Source: the human T2T-CHM13v2.0 reference genome, Homo sapiens. Taken from it: 64,000 nt of DNA. The notes under the pieces are model-generated. The model saw nothing but the letters and a program-made list of their open reading frames with translations. It made no database searches and had not been told where the DNA came from. The stretch is taken from the NCBI RefSeq assembly GCF_009914755.1, contig NC_060934.1. One strand, written 5' to 3'. This document shows, piece after piece, positions 16,386 through 34,422 of this stretch. Positions within the stretch are counted from its first letter, which is position 1, and every line of letters begins with the position of its first letter. The position numbers and the translations under genes are program-made.

Positions 16386-18639
16386 GCATCATGTGAAAGA
16401 AAGTTAGGATTAGTAAACTTTTATTAGAAAAAACAAAATTGTTCCAATTTTAAAAACAAGAACCACTGGACTAAATTATACATTGGTACCAATGGTTTTG
16501 AGTTTCTCCACACATTGACTGGTGAGTGGTAATTGCTGTGTTTGGAAAACACACAAACTGATGCCCTTCTCTTGCTCCCAAATGGCGCCTGAAACCTCTC
16601 AGCACCTGTAGTGAAAAGCCCTGTGAAACATGTCCAGATGATAGAGAAGCCCAAAAAGTGGGACGATTCTTTCCCTGGCACTTGACAAAGCCTCAAGGCT
16701 CTCTTTCTGAAATGTCATCAGAAGGAACCTTCACACTACTCTTACTGTTGCTTAGGCTTTTGTTTTATTTAGCATATTAGGTCCAAGGAAATTATGCCCA
16801 GCAAGGACCACTGCAGTAAATATAAATGCTTTGGTTAATTTGAGCTCTCGTTAATATCTCTTGGTCATTTATTCCGAAGTGGCTATAATGCAGTTGGCCC
16901 GGTAAAAAGCTGTTGTTGAAGATCTGCTAATTAAGACAGTTTGACTTAAAAAAAAAGTGTTAATTCAATAGTCGACAAATGTTTGGTTGTTTGTCTATTC
17001 TTTGGTTGCAAAAGGTATGGCAAACACTATGCTTTGTTCTGGAACGTAATAGACAAAAACAGAACTGACTGTGGGAGAGACAGATACAAATGAAACAATC
17101 ACAAAAACAGGCACTTTACAATGTGTGACATAGACTATGATAGACAATAAAAGTGACCAGGTTTGTGAGTCAGGAAAGGCTGGTATTGAGATATAAGGAT
17201 GAGCTGGAGATAACTAGTGGAGGCTACTCTATGTGTGCCCTAAGAGGTAGATATCACTATGCAAAGTTCAATAAGACACAGTACTGGGCTCTAGAGCTCA
17301 TAGTCAGCATTTGTACTAGACCTCAGAGAATGAAAGAGATGTTTAGGACAGAAAAGTAAGGAAGGGTGATTTCAAACCAAGGGAACAGAAGCACAGTTTG
17401 CTATTCTCTAACATAGTATCTTCTAAATTCAAAAAAGAAAACCAGCCCAGGGGCACATACAGTTTCCAACAGACAGAGAAAATCCTTCCTGTATTACTTA
17501 TCAGCTGATTCTAAAAATCCTCTCTGGACTTCTTAAACTGCATACTTAAACTGCCTGCTTGGGTGGGGGTACAACAAAGGCCTGAGCTCACTCAGCCATG
17601 TGCTTTGTGTACTTAAACTTAGACACTTTCGTTATGTCTTTCGTGGAAACAAGCAAAGTAGAGGTCACCGAGGAGATGGTGCTCTCAGCCAGCTGGGGGA
17701 CCCAAAATTCCATAACAGGATCTATCTCTGCTCACTTTCACTGAAGAGTAGAATTTTCACAGAGGGAGTGGGATTATGGCAGGCCTACTTTCATCGGCAG
17801 ACCCATCCATTGTTCACAGGATTCTGTTTTAAGTTCCATTTCTTTTCAGCTTTTTATCCAGGGAGTGAGATATGTATCCTGTAGTGTTATATAAAGGGGC
17901 CATTGTACCGGGATAAATTTAGCCTTAACAAAGGACTGCTCTTGAAGGCTGTCTTAATCCTGATCCATTTTATTGCTTTCTTTCATGACATGATACATAA
18001 AGCTATGAACATACTGAGGATGACTATTGTTGAGGATAGTTGTTCCTTCTGTTCTAAGTATAAATTGCATTATTTTTTAAATATATAATCACTTGAAAAG
18101 AGGAATACTATAACTGGACTATTTATATAACCAGTTGTACAACAGATGCAGTGTAATCCTATGTATTAACAAGTGGATCTCAAATACCTTGATGGTGAGA
18201 TGATGATTAACTTTATTTAACCTCAGGTGAGATGACGAGAAAAATAGGTGTCTTCCCACCTCATTGCCATGTTGAGAAGCTTCAGGGCATCTTACTTAAA
18301 AGGTGTTAATTGTATAGCAGAGGAATGCAACTTCAAGAGGTATAGAAAAAGAGCCTTTGAAAAACCAGAGGATGATTATGTTGGTGAATGGTGTCTAGGT
18401 AAATAGCATTTCTCTATCCAGGAATCACACCTGTATCTATACCACTTATAGCAAATATGGATGCTGGATGGAGAGGTGTTTTTACTGTTAATTACTGGAT
18501 ATTTTTCTTTAATGTTCCCCTAAAATTTGGCAGTTGAATAAAGCAGAAAGAACATAGAATTTGGGCTTAGAAAGATGGATATTAATACTGACTCTGTTAT
18601 TTATAACTTAGCCTTTCTATGCTGTTTTAAATTTTGACA

Positions 18640-19680
18640 TCATGCTGCAAGCCAACCGAAGGAGAATTCTGAAAGGTAGTTAAAGAGACCCTAAGACTGG
18701 AGGAATGCACAATGGTTGGGCATCTTGCCTCACACACACAACAGAAGGTGACCCAGGCACTGTTTCTTATGACTCCCAACCTAGCAACAGAAGGCAGCCC
18801 AGGTAGACTCATTCCTCCTGCAAAGTAACAGGAGTTTCTTGGTAACAACAGGTGAGTTCAACACCATCAGCAAAGGTGATCAATTGCTACCACCACCAAA
18901 AATAAGCAAGCAGGAGAAGCACTCTTCTTTATCAAGAGACCTTTTGTTCTAAAAGAGATCCAAAGTGGGCAGACAGAACCAAACAAAAGGAACTCAGCTC
19001 AACAAGTGACCCTATTTGGGAAGCCTCTTTATCACTGTAGGCACAAGATGCTCCTCACCTGGCCAGAGAATCTGGGCAAATGGGATGGAGAGGGGAACTA
19101 GTATCAGTGGAAGGATTCCTACCACACTTCTCTCCCACCAAGAGACATCCAGGATCCAGATCTGGGTAACCCCCTTCCATCCCCTCAGGTAGCAGAAGCA
19201 GAGACCAGTGGAAGCCCCATCTGTACCAGGCAATCAAAGAGGCCAAAATAGCACTCAACTGGCTATGAAACTCAACTGCTATTGGAACTACAACCCACAA
19301 ATTACACCATGGCCTGCAAGTTAAAACTAAAGAGGGTAATTGCATGAAAAAATGAAACAGTTAAATGAGACCCAGAGTCTCCTAACATAATAGGCAAAGT
19401 GTCTAAGACACAATCAAAAGTCATCCATCATACAAAGAATGAGGAAAATAATAACTTGAGTGAGAAAAGTCAATCAACTGATGCCAATGCCAAGATGAAT
19501 CAGATGATAGATTATCTGACATGGATTTTAAAGCAGCCATGATAAAAATTCTTCAAAAATCAATTACAAATTCTATTGAATCAAATGAAAAATAATAAAA
19601 AGTTCAGCAAAGAACTAGAAATTATTTTTTAAAACAAATACAAAGTACAGAACTGAGAAATATAATGACAGAATTAAATT
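18640..19680 (+). mobile_element. Ancient L1 5' region and ORF1 start (L1M4/L1MC/MD-like)
   Basis: 'gagacccagagtctcctaacataata...aatcaactgatgccaat...tttaaagcagccatgataaaa' resembles old L1 ORF1 starts. Confidence 0.55.
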
Positions 19681-21514
19681 CAATCCCAGGATTTTATGCA
19701 GGTTTTTTTTAGTTTTAAATAAGTTTTAAATTTTTACATTATGTTGCCCATTCAAATGAATTGCGTAGTCCTTACTACAGAATATAAGCCCAGTCAATCT
19801 TAAAATAGTTTCTTTTACATAAATTTTACAAATTTTGACACTGAGAAATGCTATATTCTTATAACTAATCACAAACTGAAGGACTCATTTCAACATTAAC
19901 TTAAGCAAAACGTTTTTCCCATACTATGTCCCTTGTTGCTTTCTACAGGCAACAAAATGAATCAATCAGCACACAATTATTAAACAAATGTATAGGATTT
20001 TATCCATCCTGAGAATGAAATTTTGATATATCATTATTTACATTTGGGAAACCAATTACCTCATGTAGAAAAACAAATGTTTACATTCTCTGTTGTACAG
20101 AAGATAGAGATAGAGACTCTAAACCTCTGCCCATCATGGTTATCACTGAGAAATCTCATCAGATAAGCTTTAAAAAACCTCATTGTTTATTCAGAGCCAG
20201 GTGTTTTCTGGTTCATGTCCTAATTCAAAGCAAGAGTCCAAGACCATTCTCCATTTGCAAGGCTTGAAGTCCACAGCCCTCAGTATCCTCTACAGGACTC
20301 CCAGGAGCCATTCTCTGAGTCAAGGGTGCAGAGACCTATTTAGTGTGGCACATGAATGGGAAAGGCATCTCAGACACAGACATTACAGATATCCTTATCA
20401 CCTTCCCAGTATTGGAAAAACTAGTCTTTCCCAAGTAAGGTCATTCTAATTCTTCTTTCTTAATTGACAAAATTTTCTATGAGTGTAGGATTCCAAATCC
20501 AAAATCCGGGTAGGTTATCTAGCCCTGTTTAGACTTAGCTCTACAAAAACTCAAAAGCGAATAAGGCCTGTCCATCATCTGATAGCAGATATTAATGAAG
20601 GAGCTAATTATATTACAATCTGTGATCACATGAATTAACGTGCCAAGTGAAGGCAAAATTTTGGGAGACTGAATAGCCATGGCCACAGACCAGTGTGAAA
20701 GGCATTTTTAAAAAAGACCTCAAGGACTGTGGTGTGGAGTGGTTATTACCAACAGCATTAGATTTATAAATGGAAAGGCCAAAATAAATATCTCAATTCA
20801 AGGCACATGCTGAAAACTTGAGAAGACTTGTTAAGAGTGTACTTCAAAAGTAATATGTGTCCTCACAGGGTGGTGGTGAAGATTAAAAGAGATAGCTGTG
20901 AATGTGACTGGGTCCTGGGAATCTGCCTTTACTTTTCCTAAATCAGGATGGAGGTTGGGATAAGAATCATACTTGGGACCTCAGAGATCATCCAGTCATC
21001 TTACAGATGGCAGACTAGAGGATTTTGTAGCATGCCTCTCCCACTTCGAAGAAGCAAAGTAATGTGTACAGTTTCACACTATGAGCTTTTATACTGAAAT
21101 GAACATAGGAATTCAATAGAAAAGTTAAGAAAACCTCAGATATGGGAAAGAAAGTAGATGAGCAGCCTGCATGGGGAGGTCTGGCTGAAAACTGTGAGTG
21201 AATTCCCAGTACAAGAGAAGAAGATGAGAGTCTCTCTGTGATCCACTTTCCCACAGAGGAATCATGCAATCCAGTCCATGGGAGAACACCTTGACCTTCT
21301 CAAGCCCTGGATCTAACTTGTAGAGTGGCCAGGAAACTGTGAGAAGGAACAGCACTAGGAAGTGTCCCAAGCATTTTCCTAGACCTAGGTGCTGAGAGGA
21401 GTGATGGTAGATTCAATCCTAGCTCATTGCAAATTGTGCAGAATCCTGCGACCTAGGAATGATGGTAGCCACTGGCATTAGAGAGTCTCAGGCTAGGGAT
21501 TGGAGATCTGGGTC

Positions 21515-21850
21515 TGTATTAGTCCGTTTTCATGCTACCGATAAAGACATACCCGAGACTGGGAAGAAAAAGAGGTTTTAATGGACTTACAGTTCCATGT
21601 GGCTGGGGAGGTCTCACAATCATGGTGGAAGGTGAAAAGCATGTCTCACATGGCAGCAAACAAGAAAAGAATGCTTGTGAAGGGAAATTCCCCTTTATAA
21701 AACTATCAGATCTCATGAGACTTATTCACTATCATGAGAATAGCACAGGAAAGACCTGCCCCATGATTCAATTACCTCCCACCTGGTCCCTCCCACAATA
21801 TGTGGGAATTCAAGATGAGATTTGGGTGGGGACACAGCCAAACCACATCA
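21515..21850 (-). mobile_element. THE1B solo LTR within the L1 5'UTR
   Basis: tgtattagtccgttttcatgc...aaaccacatca; perfect TSD GGGTC at 21510-21514 and 21851-21855. Confidence 0.92.
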
Positions 21851-23817
21851 GGGTCTCAAGTGGGTTAGGGACCCTCACAGCCAGAACTGAGAAAAGAGTA
21901 TAGCAGCCTTCAGCCATGTGTGCTGGAATTAGGTCCCCCCTTTCAAGGGAGTGGTTCCCTAAGAAGTATGGTTTTTATCTAGGCATCAAGTTTTATAGTC
22001 CACAGCAAATGTGCAGACTGAAAGCAAACTGTGTGGGGCTTAACTAAGTGTTTTGACTGACTCCCACAGTCAACAGTCAGGACAGGAGCATGAGCCCTTC
22101 AGGTCTGGAGCATAAGAGGAAAGCAAGTCCCACTACTGCTCACCTGGCTGTGGTGTCAAGACCAACTCTCCCTTCTCATGCTGAAACCTCAGCACACCAG
22201 CGGTTGCTCCACTCCTCAGATGGACATTTCTCCAGGGCCCAGAAACTTTCTTCAGACCCCCATCAAGGTTGATTCTTGCGCCCAACATTAGGGGGCCTGA
22301 GTGCAGGCTTGTCCAGTACAGCTCCACCCAGCCAGCTTCTCTCCTGCCTTCAAGACAGCATGTGGGACCTAGAACACTGAGCAGTCCATGACTCAAACCC
22401 ATTGCTTGGGACACATGAGTACTTCTCCTGGTCAGCAAAGATCAAGCACAAACCCAACTTCTACCACCACAACTTGTCTTACCTGCAAGTGCCACCTATT
22501 GGCCTGGAGGCCTAACCACACAACCCATTATAACATCTGCTGACCCAAGTACACAGTGTCACACACAAGAACACTTTAAGCTACTAGTGACCTCTGCTAC
22601 CACCATTGTGCACACCACCATGGCTATTCAGGAATTTGGGAGCCTACTCATCCAATCAACGCACCAGTATTTCACCTGCCATTTAAGAAAGCCACCACAC
22701 TATCTATTTTTAAATCAAGAAAATCATACAGACTCTTTATCATTGAACACATCCAGAAGCAAGCGAAACTACTCTTCTCAACATACATCACAGTCACATC
22801 CACAAGAAAAAAAGACGTTCCACCCCAACTAAAATAAATTAAGAAATAAGAAGTGACCATTTCTCCAGATGCAAATAAATCTGCTTAACACCACAGGAAG
22901 TATGAAAGAGCAAGGTATTATTAAACCCCCAAAGGAATACAGTAATTTTCTAGCAATGGATCTCAACCAAAAAAAAACCTCAAAATGCAAGATAAAGAAT
23001 TTTAAATATTGACTTTAAAGAAGCTTAATGAAATTCAAGATAAATTTGAAAACTAATACAAATAAATCAGAAATCAATTCAAGCTATGAATGAGAAATAT
23101 ATCAAGGAGATAGATACCTGAATTTTAAAAACCTCCTGAAAATTTAAAAAAGTATTGAAAGAATTACAAAATGCGGTTGAAAGTATCAATGATAGACTAC
23201 AGAAGAAAAGAGAATCTCAGAACTTGGAGACATCTTTTGAATTAATCCAATCAAACAAAAATTAAAAAGAATTAACAAAGTCTTTGAGAAGTATGAGACT
23301 ATAAAAAGTAAGTGGACTTATGAATCATCAATATTCCTACAGGAAAAGAGAAAGCAAAAGGTTTAGCAACCTATTTAAGGAAATAGTTGACTAAAACTTC
23401 CCTGACCTAGCAGGATAATTAGAAATCCAGATACAAAAAACCCAATGATCACCAGTGAAATACATTGCAAAGTGGACTTTATCACAACATATTGCCATCA
23501 GACTGTCCAAAGTCAAAGTGAAAAAAATTCTAAAATCAACAAGAAAAAAAGCATCTAATCACCTATATAATAAACCCCATGAGACTAATAGCAGACTTCT
23601 CAGCAGAAATTTTATAAGCCAGAAAAGAACAGAATGCAATTTTCACAGTGATAAAATTTTAAAAACCTGCCAGTCACAAATATTAGATCATGCTGGAATA
23701 AGCATCATAAATGAAGGAGAAATATAGTCATTCCCAGAAAAGCAAATGCTAAGAGAATTCATCACCACTAGACTAGCCCTACAAGATATGCTCAAAGGAG
23801 TCATAAACATGGAAACA

Positions 23818-24129
<312 letters not shown>

Positions 24130-24430
24130 CCATGGAAACAAAAGATCAATATTTGCCTTCGTAAAAACATACAAAATCACAAAACTTACAGGTCTTAGAA
24201 ACCAATTACACGAAGGAGAAATACAAAAGAATCAATTAGCAACACAGAAGATCTCCACCAAACCACAAAAACAGGGGAAAGAAAAAAATTTACAAAACAA
24301 CTCGGAGACAATTAACAATATGACAGAAACAAAATCCCATATATCAATATTATCCTTAAATGTAAATTCATTAAATGCTCCACTTAAAAGATATAGATTG
24401 GAGGAATGGATTTAAAAACATGATCATATT

Positions 24431-24754
<324 letters not shown>

Positions 24755-24921
24755 TCATATCACATGTTGCTTGCAATCAACTCAACTTATCAGTAAAGAT
24801 ATATATAGACTGAAAGTAAAGGAGTAGGAAAAAAATATTCCACACAAATGGAAACCAAAAGTAAACAGAAGTAGCTATACTTACGTCAGATAAAAAAGAT
24901 CTTAAAAAAAAAAAAAAGAAA

Positions 24922-25190
24922 GGCCAGCTTTGGGAGGCCAAGTCGGGCAGATCACCTGAGGTCAGGAGGTCAAGACCAGCCTGGAAAACATGGTGAAACA
25001 CCATCTCTACTAAAAATACAAAAGTTAGGTGGGTGTCGTGGTGGGCACCTGTAATCCCAGCTACTCAATAGGCTGAGGCAGGAGAATCGTTTGAACCTGG
25101 GAGGTGGAGGTTTCAGTGAGCCAAGATTGTGCTATTGCACTCCAACCTGGGTGACAAGAGCAAAACTCCGTCTCAAAAAACAAACAAACA
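24922..25190 (+). mobile_element. AluSq-like, lacking ~40 bp at the 5' end
   Basis: Starts 'ggccagctttgggagg'; 3' end 'gacaagagcaaaactccg'. Confidence 0.88.
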
Positions 25191-25485
<295 letters not shown>

Positions 25486-26689
25486 TCATTTTATAATGAC
25501 AAACGGATATAGTTAACAGACGATATAATAATGCTACAAAATATGCACCCAACCCTGGAGCACTCAGATTCATAAAACAAATATTACTAGACCTAAAGAA
25601 AGAGATAGAGAGCAACACAATGATAGTGGAGGACTTCAACAGTCCACTCACAGCACTAGACAGATAATTGAGGCAGAGAAGCAATGCAGAAATATTAGAC
25701 TTAAAATAGACTTTAGATCAAATGGACCTAACAGATACTCATAGAACATTCTACCCAACAATTGTAGCATATACATTATTCCCATCAGCAAATGAAACAT
25801 TCTCCAAGTTAGACAATACATTAGTCTATAAAACAAGCACAATAAATTTTTAAAAATCAAAATTAAATCAACTACATTCTCAGACCACAGTGGAATAAAA
25901 CTAAACATTACTACCAAGAAGTATTCTGGAAACTATACAAATACTTGGAAATTAAACAATATACTCCTGAGCAATTTTGGGGTCAACAACAAAATTAGGA
26001 CAGAAATTTAAAAATGTTTTGAAACAAATGTGAATAAAACATACTAAAACTTCTGGGATACAGCAAAAGCAGTGCTAAGAGAGAAGATTATAGTGTTAAA
26101 TATCTACATCAAAAAATAGAAAGATCACAAATTAATAATGTAATGTCACACCTCAAGAAACTAGAAAAAGCAAACCAGAACCGAAGCTAGTAGACTAATA
26201 ACAAAGATCAGAGAAAAATTAAACAAAATTGAGACCTAAAAAACAACACAACGGATCAACAGAACAAAAAGTTGGTTATTTGAAAGAATAAACAAAGAAT
26301 GAAATCATATCTTTTGTAGCAACACGAATGGAACTGGAGGCCATTACCCTAGGTGACATGACTCAGAAACAGATAGCCAAAAGCCACAGATGCTGTCTTA
26401 TAAGTGGCAACTGTACACATGGACATACGGAGTGGAATAATAGACATTGGAGACTTCAAAATGTAGTAGAAGGGTGGGAGGGGGGTAAGAGATGAAATAC
26501 TACCCATTAAGTACAACATACAGTATTTGGGTGATGGCTATACTGAAAGCCCTGATTTCATCACAATACAACATATCCATGTAAGAAAATTGTACTTGTA
26601 CCCCCTAAATTTATGAAAATAAACAAATAAAATTTTTAAAAACTAAGTAAAATAAATATGGAGTCAATTTTTCAAAAATGTAAATGGGA

Positions 26690-28612
26690 TCACCAGGCAT
26701 TGTGCCACTTTTTTTGGTGGTAGAGGGTGCAGTGTGTGTGGAGTAACTCATCCTATATTTTGCACAGTGTACTCTGATATGTCCCAGATCACTGGACACT
26801 ATAACTCTAGCTCTGGTGGTTGTTCTTGTATTGTTGTAGATTTTCTTCCACACCTTCTGGTATATGTGAATGTGACCATGCAATCTAAAATATATGCTAT
26901 TCCTGCTGTCCCAGTTCCTTCCCAAAATGTCATTATAGTGGACAAGCATGATGGATTTTCTCCTGTTGCCCTGTAATTAAAATATATATGTGTTTTACTC
27001 TGATCTATGCCCTTAGAGGCTGAGCTCTCAGGCTCTAATGCTGCCTGGCTTCCAAATGTATTTAGCTCCTAGGAAGTACTGGCAAGATACTGAAGGTTGG
27101 GAGGAAAGGGGCCTTGTTGCTATTGCCTGACTTTCCCTTTCCAAGGCTTCATTTGGCAGAGGCTGCATTCCACTACTGAAAACCACAACTTCCATTGGGT
27201 GCCCCCTCAATACAATTACAGCTCTTTTTGAGTTCTATTATTCCTCACCCCCCTTCATTTGCCCCTCAGGACTGGAGATGATAATGGCTTTCTGCTATTA
27301 TTAATCCCAGAGTACTCCAACATGTCACTATAGTAACCCTTAAGTCTGTTTAGGCCTTCATAAAGAGTCCCATCACTAAACTCTCTTTAATTATCTATTT
27401 TGAGTGTGCCTTCAGTTCCTTGCCAGACCTTTGAGTTACAGAACAAGTAAGTATCACTTACTGAAAGGTGTTCCCTTACAATTGTGCTAAGGATAAATAT
27501 CCTCCAGATCAGTAACTGAATAGCAGATTCCAGGAACTATACTGATTGGTTCTGGAAAATAGTCCACATCTAGAAACAGGTAGCTGAAATTACAGTCACT
27601 ACCTAATAATGGTTTTTATAATCCATTGTCATGTTTCAAGATGCATCTTTTTGTGAAAAAAAATGGGTTATTACCACTGTATTTTCCAAGTCTTTGATAG
27701 TGGAAAACATTTTTGCATTTCCTCAGGGATATGACTTTGGAGTTGATATGATATTATAGTCAGCTGCTTTGACTTGGCCCTTACTCGATGTGTCAAGAAG
27801 CCAATGAAGGCATTTTATGAGTTGTTATAAGTAGGTACTTACTTACAATAATACCAGGAAGTACCCTGGACCTGGAGTATGTACAGTATGTACAGGATCT
27901 TACTGGTTTGATAATAAAATACATATACAGAGAACAATATAATAGAAAAAACAGAGATTAATAGAACTAGGTCCTTACTCTGAATAGTGGAATGTAGTGG
28001 TATTAAGGGGCCCAGAGAACGGGTGTCATTCCAGGAGCCAGTGTCTAATACATTTTGTAGAGTCTGGATATTTCTTTTTCCACTGCACTGTTATACTGGA
28101 AAATAGCCCTAGGCCCCTTTATGGGAGTCTAGGAGTACAATAGTTCTTGCTGCTGATGTTGTTAACCCGTTTTCAAGATTGCACAGCCTCCCCTTTATTA
28201 AATAAACCCTGTGTTTTTTAACTGGCTCAGATTAGGGCATTAGATGGGAACTATGGCTCTCTTCTGGTTGCCCTATGTTTACAGGATTTTAAATTTGTTT
28301 GATTTTCTTCCTAGTTACATGAGAAACTTAGTGACCTGCCTATGTATTTGTTATTACGCCCCACAAAGATAATTTCACAGCAGATTGTTCTGATCCTTAA
28401 TGCTGCCGTTTTGGCCCCTGTAATTCCCTGACTCCCATAACCACTACTGCCTGTGATTACCTATGATTTTATTATTTTCACTGAAATTAAGGAACATATT
28501 TCAGCCACCGGAGCACCTACCAGCACCTCTGACCTTCAGAGAAGAGCTTAGTTTGAACGGGATTGCACGTGTTAAATCCATTCCAATATCTGTGTCTCCT
28601 TAAGTCTCTGGA
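26690..28612 (-). mobile_element. Ancient ERVL internal fragment (gag 3' part, protease, RT), interrupted by LTR33
   Basis: Minus strand: protease-like LDTGS (28034-28048), RT N-terminal 'TIKDL' region (~27690), degenerate YIDD region LVHYNDIL (~26940), APSTTKK (~26720). Confidence 0.7.
26972..27440 (+). mobile_element. LTR33-like ERVL LTR
   Basis: 3' motif 'taaagagtcccatcactaaactctctttaattatctattttgagtgtgcc...ttaca'; TG...CA ends. Confidence 0.65.
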
Positions 28613-29512
28613 GTTCTTTTTTTTTTTTTAACTGATCTCTAAATGTATATTAAAGGGGTACAAGTGCAGATTTCGTACTTGCATATATTGTGTAGTGGTG
28701 AAGTCTGGGCTTTCAGTATACCCATAACCTAGTGAGCATTGTACTCAATAGATAATTTTTCAACCCTCAACTCTCTACCTTTTGGAGTCTCTGATACCTA
28801 TTATTCCACGCTGTATGTCCATGTGTACACATTGTTTAGCTCCCAATTACAATCGATAACATGCAGTATTTCACTTTCTGTTTCTGAATTATTTCACCTA
28901 GGATAATGGCTGCCAGTCCCATCCATGTTGTTGAGAAGACAAGATTTTATTCGTTTTATGGCTGAGTAGTATTCCATGGTATGTATCACATTTTCTTTAT
29001 CCAATCCCTCACTGATGAATACTTAGGTTGATTCCATGACTTTGCTCTTGTGAAAAGTGCTGCAATAGGCATATCAGTCCAGATGTCTTTTCGATATAAT
29101 AATTTCTTTTGCTTCATTCATTTACTCAGTAGTGGCATTGCTGTATTGAAAGGTAGTGCTATTTTTACTTCTTTGAAAAATATTTATATTTCTGTCAGCA
29201 GTGTATAGGTGTTCCCTTTTCTGTGCAACCTGGCCTACATCTGCTGGGTTTTTTGGTTTTTTTTTTTTTTTTTTGACTTCTTTTTTTTTTATTTTTTATT
29301 TTTTATTATTATACTTTTAGTTTTAGGGTACATGTGCACATTGTGCAGGTTAGTTACATATGTATACATGTGCCATGCTGATGCGCTGCACCCACTAACT
29401 CCTCATCTAGCATTGGTTATATCTCCCAATGCTATCCCTCCCCCCTCCCCCCACCCCACAACAGTCCCCAGAGTGTGATATTCCCCTTCCTGTGTCCATG
29501 TGATCTCATTAT

Positions 29513-33343
<3,831 letters not shown>

Positions 33344-33406
33344 TATGATGTTAGCTGGTGATTTTGCTCGTTAGTTGATGCAGTTTCTTCCTAGTCTCGA
33401 TGGTCT

Positions 33407-34422
33407 TTACATTTTGGCATGATTTTGCAGCGGCTGGTACCGGTTGTTCCTTTCCATATTTAGCGCTTCCTTCAGGAGCTCTTTTAGGGTAGGCCTGGTG
33501 GTGACAAAATCTCTCAGCATTTGCTTGTCTGTAAAGTATTTTATTTCTCCTTCACTTATGAAGCTTAGTTTGGCTGGATATGAAATTCTGGGTTGAAAAT
33601 TCTTTTCTTTAAGAATGTTGAATATTGGCCCCCACTCTCTTCTGGCTTGTAGGGTTTCTGCCGAGAGATCCGCTGTTAGTCTGATGGGCTTCCCTTTGAG
33701 GGTAACCCAACCTTTCTCTCTGGCTGCCCTTAACATTTTTTCCTTCATTTCAATTTTGGTGAATCTGACAGTTATGTGTCTTGGAGTTGCTCTTCTCGAG
33801 GAGTATCTTTGTGGCGTTCTCTGTATTTCCTGAATCTGAACATTGGCCTGCCTTGCTAGATTGGGGAAGTTCTCCTGGATAATATCCTGCAGCGTGTTTT
33901 CCAACTTGGTTCCATTCTCCCCATCACTTTCAGGTGCACCAATCAGACGTAGATTTGGTCTTTTCACATAGTCCCATATTTCTTGGAGGCTTTGCTCATT
34001 TCTTTTTATTCTTTTTTCTCTAAACTTCCCTTCTTGCTTCATTTCATTCATTTCATCTTCCATTGCTGATACCCCTTCTTCCAGTTGATCGCATCGGCTC
34101 CTGAGGCTTCTGCATTCTTCACGTATTTCTCGAGCCTTGGTTTTCAGCTCCATCAGCTCCTTTAAGCACTTCTCTGTATTGGTTTTCTAGTTATACATTC
34201 TTCTAAATTTTTTTCAAAGTTTTCAACTTCTTTGCCTTTGGTTTGAATGTCCTCCCGTAGCTCAGAGTAATTTGATCGTGTGAAGCCTTCTTCTCTCAAC
34301 TAGTCAAAGTCATTCTCCATCCAGCTTTGTTCTGTTGCTGGTGAGGAACTGCATTCCTTTGGAGGAGGAGAGGCGCTCTGCTTTTTAGAGTTTCCAGCTT
34401 TTCTGTTCTGTTTTTTCCCCAT
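33407..34422 (-). pseudogene. L1 ORF1p, disrupted
   Basis: ATG at 34422; in-frame TAG at codon 41 (34300-34302); 1-bp deletion at ~34185; distal 248 aa open (REKG, ARREW, YPAKLS motifs). Confidence 0.95.

Noticed and set aside
26300-28960. Inverted repeat from tail-to-tail L1 3' ends
   Set aside because: Two independent, diverged insertions of related subfamilies; no sign of a single composite element.
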